Assembly: GCA_043228905.1 (NCBI GenBank) | Contig: JBHGNT010000006.1 | Coordinates: 1,550,001 to 1,614,000, forward strand | Origin: Azolla caroliniana | Taxonomy: Eukaryota > Plantae > Polypodiophyta | Reading direction: 5' to 3' | DNA length: 64,000 nt | Part shown: positions 11,578 to 24,173 of the stretch, one piece after another | How the letters are laid out: each line of letters starts with the position of its first letter | Position numbering within the stretch: position 1 is the stretch's first letter | Made by a program: the position numbers and the translations under genes | The notes under the pieces: generated by a model | The model's input: the letters and a program-made list of their open reading frames with translations, nothing else | Told to the model about the DNA's origin: nothing | Database searches by the model: none

Positions 11578-13609
11578 GATGTAGTTTAGTGATGGTGGAT
11601 TGAAAGCGCTTAGGCATTAGGTGGATTCCAAATTCTGTCTTCAATTAACTTATGATAGACATCAAAGTTGTGCACAAGTACCAACTTTGTGATATTGAAT
11701 AACTAATCTTTCCACAATTCATTTGAATTGGAAATCAAATACTAATGATAAGCAATAAATATTAAGATTTAGAAAAAACTGGTTGAAGGGTTCTTAAACC
11801 ACAAAGACCAACTCTCATAAAAGGACAAGTGATAGAATATAAAATACCATTGGCATCCCATGCCAGCAAACATTTCCTTATGCTATACTTAGACATTGAG
11901 ATGAATTGATCCAAAAGACGACAATTTTGTCTCACCAATAGAGTCTTAACAACATCTCAAGATGTTGTAGTGATAGGGGTACCTAGTTTTATTTATATAG
12001 CCAAACTTTTTAGGCTCTTAGAATCACATGTGTTCCCATGTGTCAAAGTCTTAATGGATTTATCCCAAGTCTTAGGATAATTGATCTCCCACTTATCCCA
12101 TCTTTAAACCATAAAATATGGCCTTTAACCTTGGTCCATAAGGTTACACCTATAACAAACTTCTAGAAACTATGGAAAAGGCCACAATTATTGGCAATGT
12201 AAAAATTGATGGCTAAATATGCTCATATTGAGGTACACGAAATCAACTTCACATAGTTCTAAAGGTCACGATCTACTTATGTGGCACTAAAATAACATTT
12301 TTTTTTTCAAAACAAAATATCCTTCCATTAGTTGTATAAAAAGGGTCATGACGGCTACAACATACAAAGTGATTTCCCCCCCACCCATCTTATGTAAGAC
12401 ATTGGTTGAGGAAACAAATCCAAAGTAGCGAAAACAATCCACTAATTGCAAGTTATTCCTTAGACACAATGTAAGGTATCATATCCATAGACAACAACCA
12501 AAGTACTGATATTTGGAAACAAGCCCTCGCAGGTCATAGTTATGAACCTTTCAATACTTTTTCAACTTGCTCCTGTATAAAATAACATTTTTAATGGCTA
12601 CTAAGCCATGGTAAATTGTAATTGAATTCAATCATGTGACTTTCTATTCTATCCCAATGCAAGAGTTGTGAGGATGTGATCACTTCTACCCAACATCAAG
12701 TTCTTGTACATTTAGGTTCAAATTCATATGATCTTCCAAATTCATTTGGATGCTCTCCTTAAGCACTTTGGGATGCTTATTGTGTATTTTCATGAATGAG
12801 CAAATTGATCAAGTGATGTTAAGTATCCACTAGACATCTCACATTGGATGCTCTAGTCTAGGGATACATTTAATACTCCTTGCAGAGTGAAGACAATATT
12901 TTGCTTTTATGTGTCTTTAGGATCTTCGTCTTCTATCCTATGTGATTCAAGAAAGTCAATGTGAAGGACTTTTTTGAACCTTAAGCATGTATTTGACAAC
13001 CTTTTTCATAACCTTGATCTCAAGTTGGATTGAAGTTATGGAAAAAGGGTGTCGAAGATGGGATGCAATACACTTGTTTCATGATGCATAACTAGATTCC
13101 TCTATGAATGAGGCCTTTTTGCAATGCCAATGTATTATGTAGGAAAAATGTGGAGCCTCATGCCTTGCGCATTATATAACATGTGTTGCACCAAACTACA
13201 AAACCACATTCTCCATGAATGGGAAACCATACATATCAATCCATGTTAGAGCCCATATTGTTGTCCGTCACCCGTAACATTGATTACTAACGTTCACACT
13301 CACTACGATGTGAGATGGAGTGTTGGGAAACTAGTGATGAGAGTAGTTGACTATGCACACTTTGTTTCAAACAAGTTCGAGAGGTTGAGTGTTACACTTT
13401 GATTCAATGCTCCGCCTTTGATCACAATAGACGATGCTTTCTACACATCTTCGACCAAACCCAATCCTTGCAGGAATTTCTCTCATAGTCATATTGTGCA
13501 TTGTAGATTGCAACATTCATTAGTAAAGTTCTTGAACATAGAGAGTCGTTACTACATGAAATGTTGTAGTTTTGGTCTCATAGGTCACATTTGACCTCCA
13601 AATAGAACA

Positions 13610-13612
<3 letters not shown>

Positions 13613-13670
<58 letters not shown>
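13613..13670. repeat. (TC)n microsatellite at the 3' end of LINE B
   Basis: Read directly; a matching (TC)n at 20367-20405 abuts the other end of the LINE. Confidence 0.95.
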
Positions 13671-13674
<4 letters not shown>

Positions 13675-14877
13675 GGTGAAAACACACAATTATATTAATA
13701 AATGTGTGTGAAAAACACTACTTACAATACGTGTGACAATGGAGTATGGTCACACACTAACCACACTACACTACATGGGTAGTGGAACATGTTGAATTGC
13801 CAATAGGCAAGATGAACACTCCACCGAGGAAAGAATTTCCACTTGTTCCAATAAAGAAAATTGCCACATTAGTACTCCCTTCAACTTTCGTAGATATGCT
13901 TTCACTCCATGTCTATCATCGAATACAAAAGCGTTGCGCATGTTCCAATTATGACGCAATCCCTAATATCTCAGAAATAGGAAAACAATCTCCATCTCTG
14001 ATTTTGGTTCAGCATGTGTAAATTGTGCAAACACCCATTGTCTAGGTGTCAAATAACTCTGTGATAAAACTTGCCAAATTTGAGAAATGTAACTCCAAAT
14101 TTGACAAGCAATTGGACATTGTATAAATCGATGAGTACTATCTTCTATCTGAACTGTGCAAAAGAAGCAAGTACCCGTTGCTAGTCCACGACGCTTTAAA
14201 GCTAATCCCAAAGGCAATCCTCCGATCAAAACTCTCCAAATGAATACCTTTGCAACAAGTGGCAATTTAGAATGCCAACTACGTTGTAAGATCTGCCACC
14301 ACCCATGATTAGATTTGTGTATTTTCCATTCTTCTTCAGCCTTAGATGATAACCATCCAAGAGACTCAACGGAACAATGATACAAAAGATTAGTAGTCAC
14401 TTGTAACAATGGTGTTTGACCCCTTAAACTCCAATCAATCCATGGTTGTTCTCCTGTTTGTAGAGGTAAGGGACCTTGCATCAATGCAATATTCTGTAGT
14501 TGTTGCCAAATAAACCCATAATTAGGCAGGATGCGTAATAATTGTCGTGCTTTAGTAAACTCCAAAATTCTTTGAGATGGAACCTCAACTATATCTCCCA
14601 CCTCTTTGACCCCCAAACGAAACAAACGATTAAATTGAGAACGCAATCTCTCCTTTCCTGGCCAACATAATAACCGAGAAGACACAAGTAACTCTTTTTG
14701 CAAAGAGTTACAATGCTCTCTACTAGATGATGGTTTCCATACACATAACAAGAGTGCTTCTTGCCATGAGGTAACTAAGTGTTGAACACATGAAGAACCC
14801 GGAATCCTAAGTGAAATACATCCATTCAGTAATTGCCACCATGAAGCCTTAATCGTTGTCCTCCCATGTGTTAAACC

Positions 14878-15594
14878 TGACAGGAACTTCACGTTCCCAA
14901 TGAACAACGCTCGGCCACAACCAAGCTTAGAATCAAACACAGAAAACGGGAATGAATGCACGACACAAAGGAGAGAAGAGTACACAGGATGTTTAACGTG
15001 GAAAACCCTGAGAGGGAAAAACCACGGGAGTCCACAGACTCCAAACTATCACTATATCACAATGATTACAACAATGAGCTCACGAAGGCAACAACCTCTT
15101 CCTCTCTCTCTCTCTCTCTCTGTACACAGTTACGCGCTTTGATCTTGCACCAACAAGAATGACAACCACATACATACCTAAAGTTTGCCGTAAGTCATAT
15201 TTATACTAATATGACTTTTCGGCTATTTACAAATATAGCCCCCGATGGACTCTCAGAAACATATTAACGAATATGTCCCTTCATCCGGTGAACACTCCTC
15301 ACTGGGCCTGCATCATCTGGTTCTCACCGGGTCTTCCGTTTCCGGGTACTCCTCATCCGGTTCTCACCGGGTCTTCCGTAGCCGGGTACTTGTCATCCGG
15401 TTCTCACCGGGTCTTCCGTTGTCGGGTACTCGTTATCCGATTCTCACTGGGTCTTCCGTAGCCAGGTACTCGTCATCCGGTTCTCACCGGGTCTTCCGTA
15501 GCCGGGTACTCCACATCCGGTTTCGGCCTCGGCCAAGTTTGCTCATTAATACTATTCTTCTCACTTCCCATCCAGAGGGACCTGTTTCCTAACA
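14878..15594 (-). mobile_element. Solo LTR (717 bp, Copia-style) inserted in LINE B, copy 1
   Basis: TG...CA termini; 5-bp TSD AAACC at 14873-14877 and 15595-15599. Removing it restores the LINE frame IENKGLTHGRTT. Carries the U5-type motif GGGTTTTCCACGTTAAA on the minus strand. Confidence 0.9.
15314..15522. repeat. Five 40-bp tandem repeats inside the solo LTR (also at 17605-17813)
   Basis: Consensus CATCCGGTTCTCACCGGGTCTTCCGTAGCCGGGTACTCGT, five copies plus a partial one. Confidence 0.95.
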
Positions 15595-15727
15595 AAACCC
15601 TTGTTCTCAATGAAATATTGAATAATAGATATCCATGGTTGTGAGTTTGAACACATGTCTTGTAATAATGAAAATCTACGAGCCATCATATGCATAGATA
15701 AGTTCAATATTCCAACCCCCCCCCCCC

Positions 15728-17100
15728 TGTTGGAAACAAGGTCGTCAATGCGGAAGATCAAGAAGCATTCGATTCTTTCTGATTACCTGCGTATGACAGT
15801 TTCTAAGTCGTTGCACAGAGAGAGAGAGAGAGAGAGAGACACAAAAGACTTTCTATTTCTCAAAGAAACAATACAACACCCAACCTTACAAAAAGGTTAC
15901 AAGGTCACTATATATAGTGACTAACTTAGGGCAACTACCCTTTATGCTAATTACACAAATGGCCCAAAGGGATAGTGTGAATACGTCCATTATACACATG
16001 TATTCGACACTCCCCCGTAATGGGCGTATACATGGGTTATCTAAGATTACAGGTATAGACTTAGGTTCTCGGATGTATCAGCTTTGTTCGAGTCGGCAGG
16101 GTCCGAAGGCAGAAGACCGAACTGGTCGGGTCGGAACAGTTGAAGCCGATCATTAAGGAACTGATGTCGGTTGTCGGGAACCATCCTGCTCTGTGTCCGG
16201 CTCTAACCGGACTGGTTTGTCGTTACGCCCATCTGGTGCCGAAGAGACCGAAAACGGTCTGCCGAAAGACACTTGGTCATTCCATCTGCGACATTGTCGG
16301 TTGTGGATATTTTCTCTAGACCGATTTTCCCTGAAATGACGCAGTCCCGAACGAAGTGATATCGAACGTCGATATGTTTGGAGGCGTTGTGGTGAACCGG
16401 ATTTTTCGACAAGGCAACAGCACCTTGACTGTCGCTATAGACAACTGGAGCCGAGTCATGGTCGACTTGTCGAAACGTGTGCGCCAGCCGGCCGAGCCAC
16501 AAAGCTTCTTTTGTTGCGTCGGACGCAGCTACGTATTCTGCTTCGGTCGTTGAGGTCGCTGTGCACTCCTGAAGTTTCGACTTCCACGAGATTGCTCCAT
16601 TGCCGAATTTGAAGCAGTATCCGGTTGTTGATTTCCGACTGTCTATACAGCCGGCGAAATCCGAGTCGGTGTAACCGACTACGCCTGAGGTTCGGTTCGG
16701 ACCGAAAAGAATGCCGTGGTCTTTTGTGCCAGCTAGATATCTGAACACATGCTTGACTGCGTTCCAATGCGATCGGCCAGGATTGTGCATAAATCTGCTA
16801 ACGACTCCTACGGCATGAGAAATATCAGGCCGTGTCGCGACCATCAGGTACATAAGGGAGCCGACTGCCGGTGCATACGGTACCGACTTCATATCTTCCC
16901 CCTGTGGAGTGTCCACCCTCCCGAAGAAAAACCGGCACGAATGCCGTCTTCATCTAGTTGTCCGACTGAGATCAATGGCCTTGTGAGCTCGGGTACATGT
17001 CGGACATTGTGGAGTATAAGTGTAGAGCCACCTGCAAGGTTGAGCTCTACTGTGCCGATTCCGATGATGTCACAGTGTTGTGAGTTGCCGACTCGAACTG
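15728..17100 (-). mobile_element. Ty1/Copia fragment: 3' LTR (15728-16009), PPT, RT-end/RNase H and a protease-region piece; internally deleted, no 5' LTR
   Basis: Minus strand reads GGGGGAG then TGTCGAATA...CCAACA. ORF 16203-16916 has VPYAPAVGSLMY, TRPDI, GYTDSDFAG, RKSTTGY, STTEAEY, KHIDVRYHF and ADGMTK. It is fused directly to VRVGN...LHNVRHVPEL..LISVGQL. Confidence 0.92.
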
Positions 17101-18018
17101 AGTGAAATACATCCATTCAGTAATTGCCACCATGAAGCCTTAATCGTTGTCCTCCCATGTGTTAAACCTGACAGGAACTTCACGTTCCCAATGAACAACG
17201 CTCGGCCACAACCAAGCTTAGAATCAAACACAGAAAACGGGAATGAATGCACGACACAAAGGAGAGAAGAGTACACAGGATGTTTAACGTGGAAAACCCT
17301 GAGAGGGAAAAACCACGGGAGTCCACAGACTCCAAACTATCACTATATCACAATGATTACAACAATGAGCTCACGAAGGCAACAACCTCTTCCTCTCTCT
17401 CTCTCTCTCTCTGTACACAGTTACGCGCTTTGATCTTGCACCAACAAGAATGACAACCACATACATACCTAAAGTTTGCCGTAAGTCATATTTATACTAA
17501 TATGACTTTTCGGCTATTTACAAATATAGCCCCCGATGGACTCTCAGAAACATATTAACGAATATGTCCCTTCATCCGGTGAACACTCCTCACTGGGCCT
17601 ACATCATCTGGTTCTCACCGGGTCTTCCGTTTCCGGGTACTCCTCATCCGGTTCTCACCGGGTCTTCCGTAGCCGGGTACTTGTCATCCGGTTCTCACCG
17701 GGTCTTCCGTTGTCGGGTACTCGTTATCCGATTCTCACTGGGTCTTCCGTAGCCAGGTACTCGTCATCCGGTTCTCACCGGGTCTTCCGTAGCCGGGTAC
17801 TCCACATCCGGTTTCGGCCTCGGCCAAGTTTGCTCATTAATACTATTCTTCTCACTTCCCATCCAGAGGGACCTGTTTCCTAACAAAACCCTTGTTCTCA
17901 ATGAAATATTGAATAATAGATATCCATGGTTGTGAGTTTGAACACATGTCTTGTAATAATGAAAATCTACGAGCCATCATATGCATAGATAAGTTCAATA
18001 TTCCAACCCCCCCCCCCC
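17101..18018. repeat. Second copy of a ~918-bp direct duplication of 14810-15727 (includes solo LTR copy 2 at 17169-17885)
   Basis: Constant offset of 2291 bp. One substitution seen (GGGCCTGCAT vs GGGCCTACAT). Both copies end in a poly-C tract. Confidence 0.92.
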
Positions 18019-20363
18019 CCCCCCCCCAATCGCTTAGGGGTTGCTAGATGATTCCAAGCAATCCATGTGATTCCCATCTTATCCCTCTTCTTCCACAACA
18101 AATATCGAAGAGGTTGCAAAACAGAATTCAACGCCTTCTTTGTCCATGGCAATAATGGCAAGTAATATAATATCATGGGTTCCATAATACATTGTACAAC
18201 CTTCAAGCGAACATGAAATGGCCAAGATTATGACTTCCAATACATGAACTTATCTCTCAACTTACTAGACATCCATTCAATCAATTGACCATTTGTAACA
18301 TTCATTCCTAATGGATAGCCCAAGTGTCAAAAAATAGAACCTTTCTTCACCACGGATCCTTGCCATCCTAAACATTCCAAATCCCTTTCAGTGCATGATA
18401 TGAGACTAGACTTCCTCCAATTAATATGTAATCCGGAAGCCAATGCAAATTGATTCCATACAAGCATCCCCTTCTCAAGATTCTCCCATGAGGCTTGTAA
18501 AAACATGAAAGAATCATCCACCAAAGCTTGTGCTACTATTTGCCCTCTGGACGGAAGGTGTAAACCCATAATGTCACCATTTATTGCAAGTCTTGATAGC
18601 ATCACTAACAAAGGATGAGTAACAATAGCAAACAACAATGGGCTAAGAGGGCATCCTTGATGAACGGATCTTGTGAGGGCAATATCTGATGTAACTCCCC
18701 CATTAAGCATTACTCGAGACACTGCATCTTGTCCTAATAAAAATATGAGGCGAGACATATGAGGTCCAAAGCCCATTGTATGCATTAACCCAAAAACAAA
18801 AGACCAATTAACATGATCATAAGCTTTCTCCAAATCTAATTGCACCATAATCAATTCTTGATGAGTGTTCCGAGCATAATCCATGGCCATTTGAACATTC
18901 AACACATTATGCAATATATTTCTACCTACAATAAAACCATATTGGGCGGGGTGTATCAACTTTGGCAAATACTTTTGTAATCTATTTGTCAAGACCTTCG
19001 TAAATATCTTGTACAACCCCCCCATCAAAGAAACAGGCCTCCATTGATGAACTGACTCAAGAGATGCCACCTTTGGAACTAGTTTAATTAGACCAATCTT
19101 CCAAGCTTGAGGCATACAACCAGAATCCCAAGACTGTTGAAACATCAAAGTCAAGGGCCCCTTTAAAATGTTGGAATATCTCTTAAAAACTTCATTTGTC
19201 AAGCCATCCCAACTAGGGCTCTTACCACTAGGAAGATGCCTTAAAACTACATCCACCTCATCCTCAGTGAAATCCGCATCTAATTCATGACTAATGAGAT
19301 CATGCACAATACATCCAACCACATCATAAAACTCATGACGTGCTCTACTCACCTCATCTGTCATTAACAATTGTGGACCAATCAACTCTTTAAAGTAATG
19401 AAGACATATGTCAATTATTGTTGTAGGATCCACTATCAATTCATCCCCTTGCTTCACATGTACCACATTAGATCGAGCATAAGTAGGATGTAATCCTTGG
19501 AAAAACAAATGAGATTGACATTGATTATCAATGAGTCCTTCCCTGAGTTGTCGCATCTTAGCATAACGATAACTTTGGCATTGCAACTGAGAAATAATAA
19601 CATGCAATTGACTCTGAATATCCAAAAGCTCCTCATCTAATGGTGTACGTATCAATAATGCATTACACCTAGAGAGAACTTGTGAGAATTGTCGAATAAA
19701 ACCTCTTCTTCGTTGAGCATTGGTTACTCCATACATACAATGAATGATGTTAATGGATATCCCCATGCTTTAACTCCTTTAAGATTCACTTGTTGAGAAA
19801 AATTTACCAAAATTTGCTCCATGAGAGAATCAAAGTGAGGTTGAAGCAAAAGAGAAGAGTTAAAGCGTAGTGGAGGCTTTCCAAGTAAAGATTTATACAT
19901 GTCAATTGCATGATTACACACCTCCAAGCAAATAGGAAAGTGATATGAAGTTCCAACATCTTGTAGAACGTTCATACGAAGTGATGTTGGTAAAAAAGAA
20001 TCATCATGCATCACATACATTCTATCTAACCGACTCCATGTTTGTCTATGTTGAGCATATTGGAAGGTAAAACCTGGATCATTCCCTTCCAACCATGTCC
20101 AAACATCCAACTTCAGAACCTCCATAGCCAATGAGTTCCAAGCAAGTTGCTCAGGATCATCCATGATTGAATGTTTAGATGTGGATTGAAATGCATCAGC
20201 ACACATATTAAAATCGCCCATAAGTAATCCTGGACGTCCAATAGATAGGGTTTGAAGGAGTGAACCCCATAATGCAATATGTTGAGTGGCTTGGTTAGGG
20301 GCATAAATCCCAACCACCCACACAACCTCACCAAAAAAAGTGATTTCTAGAACCAAAAACCCA

Positions 20364-20406
<43 letters not shown>

Positions 20407-21359
20407 AGTATAATAGAAGCTTATGAGGGCATTGGAAGAGTTTAGCATACATACTAAGTCGAGTGTCAATAGCTCTAAAACAAAGATTGTGCTTGTGAAG
20501 AGCCAAAATAAGGATAAACTATGTATTATGTATAATAATGAGAATTTCGTGATGCAATTATTAGCCCATAGTTCAAACTCATAGAGAAGTGTTGGTGTCA
20601 CTAGAGAGCCAATGAGGTATTTCTTGAGAATATTCTATTGGAGATATTCCCAAATACATACTAAGCCCTCTTTCTGCTTTTAAGCAATGAGTATCACATT
20701 CATTCCATTTTTTTGTTGGCGAACAGACAAACGGGTGTGAAACAACCAAATGCCATCATTGTAATATGGGTAGAAAACATAGATAAAAGGAACCCACCCT
20801 TTACACTTATACTATCATTATCCATTGAAAATGAATATTTTTGTAATATAGAAAGGAATCACTATTGTTATCTACTCGGTCTCAATGTAATAGGAACTTG
20901 TGTTATTGCTTTGTAGTATTGTTATTTTGCACCTTGAATTGAGTTTCCCCAAAGGAGCAAACAAGACTCATACCTTGGAGTGTTGAACTTCCAAGGTTCA
21001 CTATTGAGTCCAAAGGGGCCACTTTTCTCATGCTATCCTAACTAAGGAATTGAAGGCAAATCTCCTAGTTTGAAAGACCATGCCATACTTCAACTCATAA
21101 AAACACTTACTTCTTGAGTCCATGTAACCATGGATGTCTCGATGGGCTCTTTATGTTAATCATTACACAAATTTAATTAATGTGTAATTGTCTTAATTAA
21201 ATAAATAATTCTTAGATTATAAATATATGGGTTGTTTCAATTAAATAGATAATTAATGAGTAAAAAAAACATGTATACCTCAATTAGTGTGGAAAAGCTA
21301 CATGGAAGAAAGTAGGTGTTAGTGGATGAGATTGAGAACTAAAAGGTAGCCCCAATTAG

Positions 21360-21640
21360 GAATAAGCAAGGGTCGGATTCACCTTAACTTGGTTTGGGAG
21401 TTTTAAAACTTGAATAGAATTAATCCCGAAATTGATTAATGTTTAACTGATTTAGACAAACAAGTTAAGCTTAAACCATTTTAGGAACCAGTTTGGCTTG
21501 AGTCTTGCCAAACCGAGCTCAAATCGGTTAAGGAAACTCAAGCCTGAACGAAGTTGAGCAAACCACCAAACCATTTTAAAATGTTTTAACGTTTCGGTTA
21601 AGGCGTGAGTTGAGCCGTCACTGACTCCTAGACCCAAAGC
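21360..21640. mobile_element. Old degenerate AACCG/GGTT-rich MITE-like remnant
   Basis: Clusters of AAACC(A/G) and CGGTT motifs like the MITEs above; no TSD recognised. Confidence 0.4.
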
Positions 21641-23325
21641 TCAGGCACCCAAAGGTCCTTTTTACATGACAACTCTCGCCCTTTAGTTATTGCCACCACA
21701 TTGAGGTTAGTTTCCCATATATTATAATATGGCCATGTTTCTCATCTATAATTGGCCTATGACCAATATTTTAGATTGAAAAGATTAAGCCTCATTATAT
21801 TGTTAAAACCAAGGAATTTAACATTATTTCCCTTGACACACCTTGACTTTTCTCTTTTAATCTTAGTTTCATGGAGGGTATGCACAAGAGCTTGTGGACT
21901 AGGACTCGAAACGAAAGTGCTCAATCTAGAGCATTGTTTTGATTTGGCGTGTCATCCTCAACAAAGAACACTAAGGGTGGAAAGATGTCATAGATGCCAT
22001 ATAGTATTGTTGTAGGATCTAACTCTCATGGAGTATACCATGTTTGTGCAGTTCGTGTTTAAGTACAAAATAGGATAGTCAAGAGTAGTGCATTGTAAGT
22101 ATACACAACAGAAACCCACCGTAGAGGAACCCAAGCTATTTGAGGCTTTCTACCATTTGGCATGGCTCATCATTATACACATTTGCAAAGTTTATTTAGT
22201 GAATCTCCAAAAGCACAACCTTTGTTTTCGAGCAATCAACACAAATAGAGAGCGAATCTCAAGATTTGCGAGACAGAAAGAGACAACGAGAGGAAATATT
22301 TTCTATTAAGCTAAGATGATGAAATTGAGAAATAGCTAGCGATGTGATGCATTTGACATCAACTATTCATGATACACAAAAATGACACCCACAATCGTGA
22401 TGAATGTAATTGTTTCAAGGGGGATTCTTTAACACAATACCCAAGTCTAAATATGTAGGCCCTCATGATGAAACTAGCAATTTTGTGATTTGTTTTTGAA
22501 ATAAAAATTATCACATTTTCAACATTGAATTGCATTTTCCACATCTTTGTTACTTGTTACACTTGTTTATTCTGCTCAACATTCACCATAAACTTGTTAA
22601 CATGTGGAATCACCTTATTCTCACATATGAGAGCCTAGATTCAATGTCAACTATGTCCTCTTACAAAGTTCATTAACAAATTGATTTATCTAAGTCAAAC
22701 TTAATTTTGTGACAAAAAAATCATGGAAATTAATCTAAAAATCAATGGCTAAACAAGCTACATACCTACCTTTAAATTGTGAAATGGATGACAAGATCTT
22801 CTCATGTCTTGATTTACATTGTAAAATGGATGGCAGGTGAATATTCAATGGTATGACTACACTCACAAATCAATAGCATCACTACACTCACAAATCAGGA
22901 TAGAATTGTATCGTTGAGCCACTAATAAAAGAAATATATGAAGTATACATCAATGTAGAATAAGATGCACAAATTTTTATATTATTTTCAAGTAGTGCTT
23001 CTTTTGGAATCTTACAACATCTTCAACCTTCACTGCCTCACATTAATATGACTTGCTAAAAAGGGCAAGTTTGGGTTGAAGCTTTAGTTCGTTGATGAGC
23101 TCTTAATCATTTGATTAATTCTTTCGTAGTCTTGACAAATTACTTACAGGATTATTGTCACATGATTATAAACAAAACCCAACTTACTGCCATGTAGTGC
23201 TCGAACATTTGTCGGCTACACTTTGGAGTCCTCATACTGCAAGTTCATGCTTGCAAAGACTCAACAAGAAGATGGAGTAAATGATAGTCCTTTGTAGTTA
23301 ACTTTCAAACTTTTTTACTATATTG

Positions 23326-24142
23326 TTATTCATCATCATCAAGCCAATCACCATATATTCTAGATATTTGATTTGATGGACCCTTCCAATTTTCTAGTAG
23401 CTTTGTTGGTTTTTCAATTTTTGAAGTTGGCAAGTATGTGCTTTTATGCCTGGATGTGGAATGTGCATCTACCATGTATGATGGTGTTGATACATATGAA
23501 GAGCTTGCATGATCTAGCTTGGGATTAGCTATCCGCGTGGTTTGCTTATTATCACTCAACAAACCATTCGACACAATTGTTGTAGTATCATAATCGATTT
23601 GTGCTCCAGAGTACATTTGCAACTCTGTGAGGGTAACACCAAACATATCCATAAATGGTATAAAGTCAGTAGAATGAAATCCCAAACCATCTTTGCACAA
23701 ACATATGAGCATATAAGCATAAGTAGGTGATTAGGTATTGTTGAAGGATATGGTAGGTCCACTAGGCCTCCTAACAATAGACCTTTTGGGTTTGCACACA
23801 CATTGAGATGGCCAACTACCCTTGTGTGCACACATCTTGGGGCAAACTTCTCACGTTCCAAATGCTCGGAGAACCAAGAGCTAAGTTTCTTCAAGTTATC
23901 ATCGAAGAAGTGCCTAATTCAATCGTACACTCTAATCATGGATGTCTTCGGGAGGAAGCAAAAGTGGCAAGGGAGAGTGCCTATAAAGGAATGCCCCCGA
24001 AGATAAGCCCAACACACAAGAAAAGGGGTCTCGCCCAACACGGAACCATGACACTAAAACAACAATTACAAACACGGACCATATTTTGGAAAAACCACAA
24101 AGGGAAGGGAGGTCATTAAGATAAAGAAGCCCAAAGAGGAAG

Positions 24143-24173
<31 letters not shown>

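Larger units (their letters stand above)
13671..20366 (-). mobile_element. L1/Tx1-like LINE (family B): near-complete ORF2 (APE endonuclease, RT, zf-RVT), frameshifted and interrupted
   Basis: Endonuclease motifs GIYAPN, MGDFN, SRLDR, SYHFPI (19724-20366). RT motifs WRPVSLMGGLYK, LDLEKAYD, QGCPLSP, LVDD (18327-19766). Zinc finger CFFC..EDSTH..QCP (~14110-14170). Interrupted at 14878-18018. Confidence 0.92.

Noticed and set aside
12300-13500. Degenerate DNA-transposase region (VTDN-like motif at ~13260, minus strand)
   Set aside because: Only one short motif, with no supporting frame or termini.
13963-14985. 340-aa ORF as a novel gene
   Set aside because: It is a chimera of solo-LTR sequence and the LINE ORF2 C-terminus.
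15314-15522. CRISPR-like array
   Set aside because: The 40-bp repeats are contiguous with no unique spacers, lie inside a plant LTR, and there are no cas genes.
14878-17885. Intact Copia element with 717-bp LTRs
   Set aside because: Each LTR has its own AAACC TSD on both sides and duplicated LINE flanks. There is no adjacent PBS or PPT, and the Copia has a different LTR (15728-16009).
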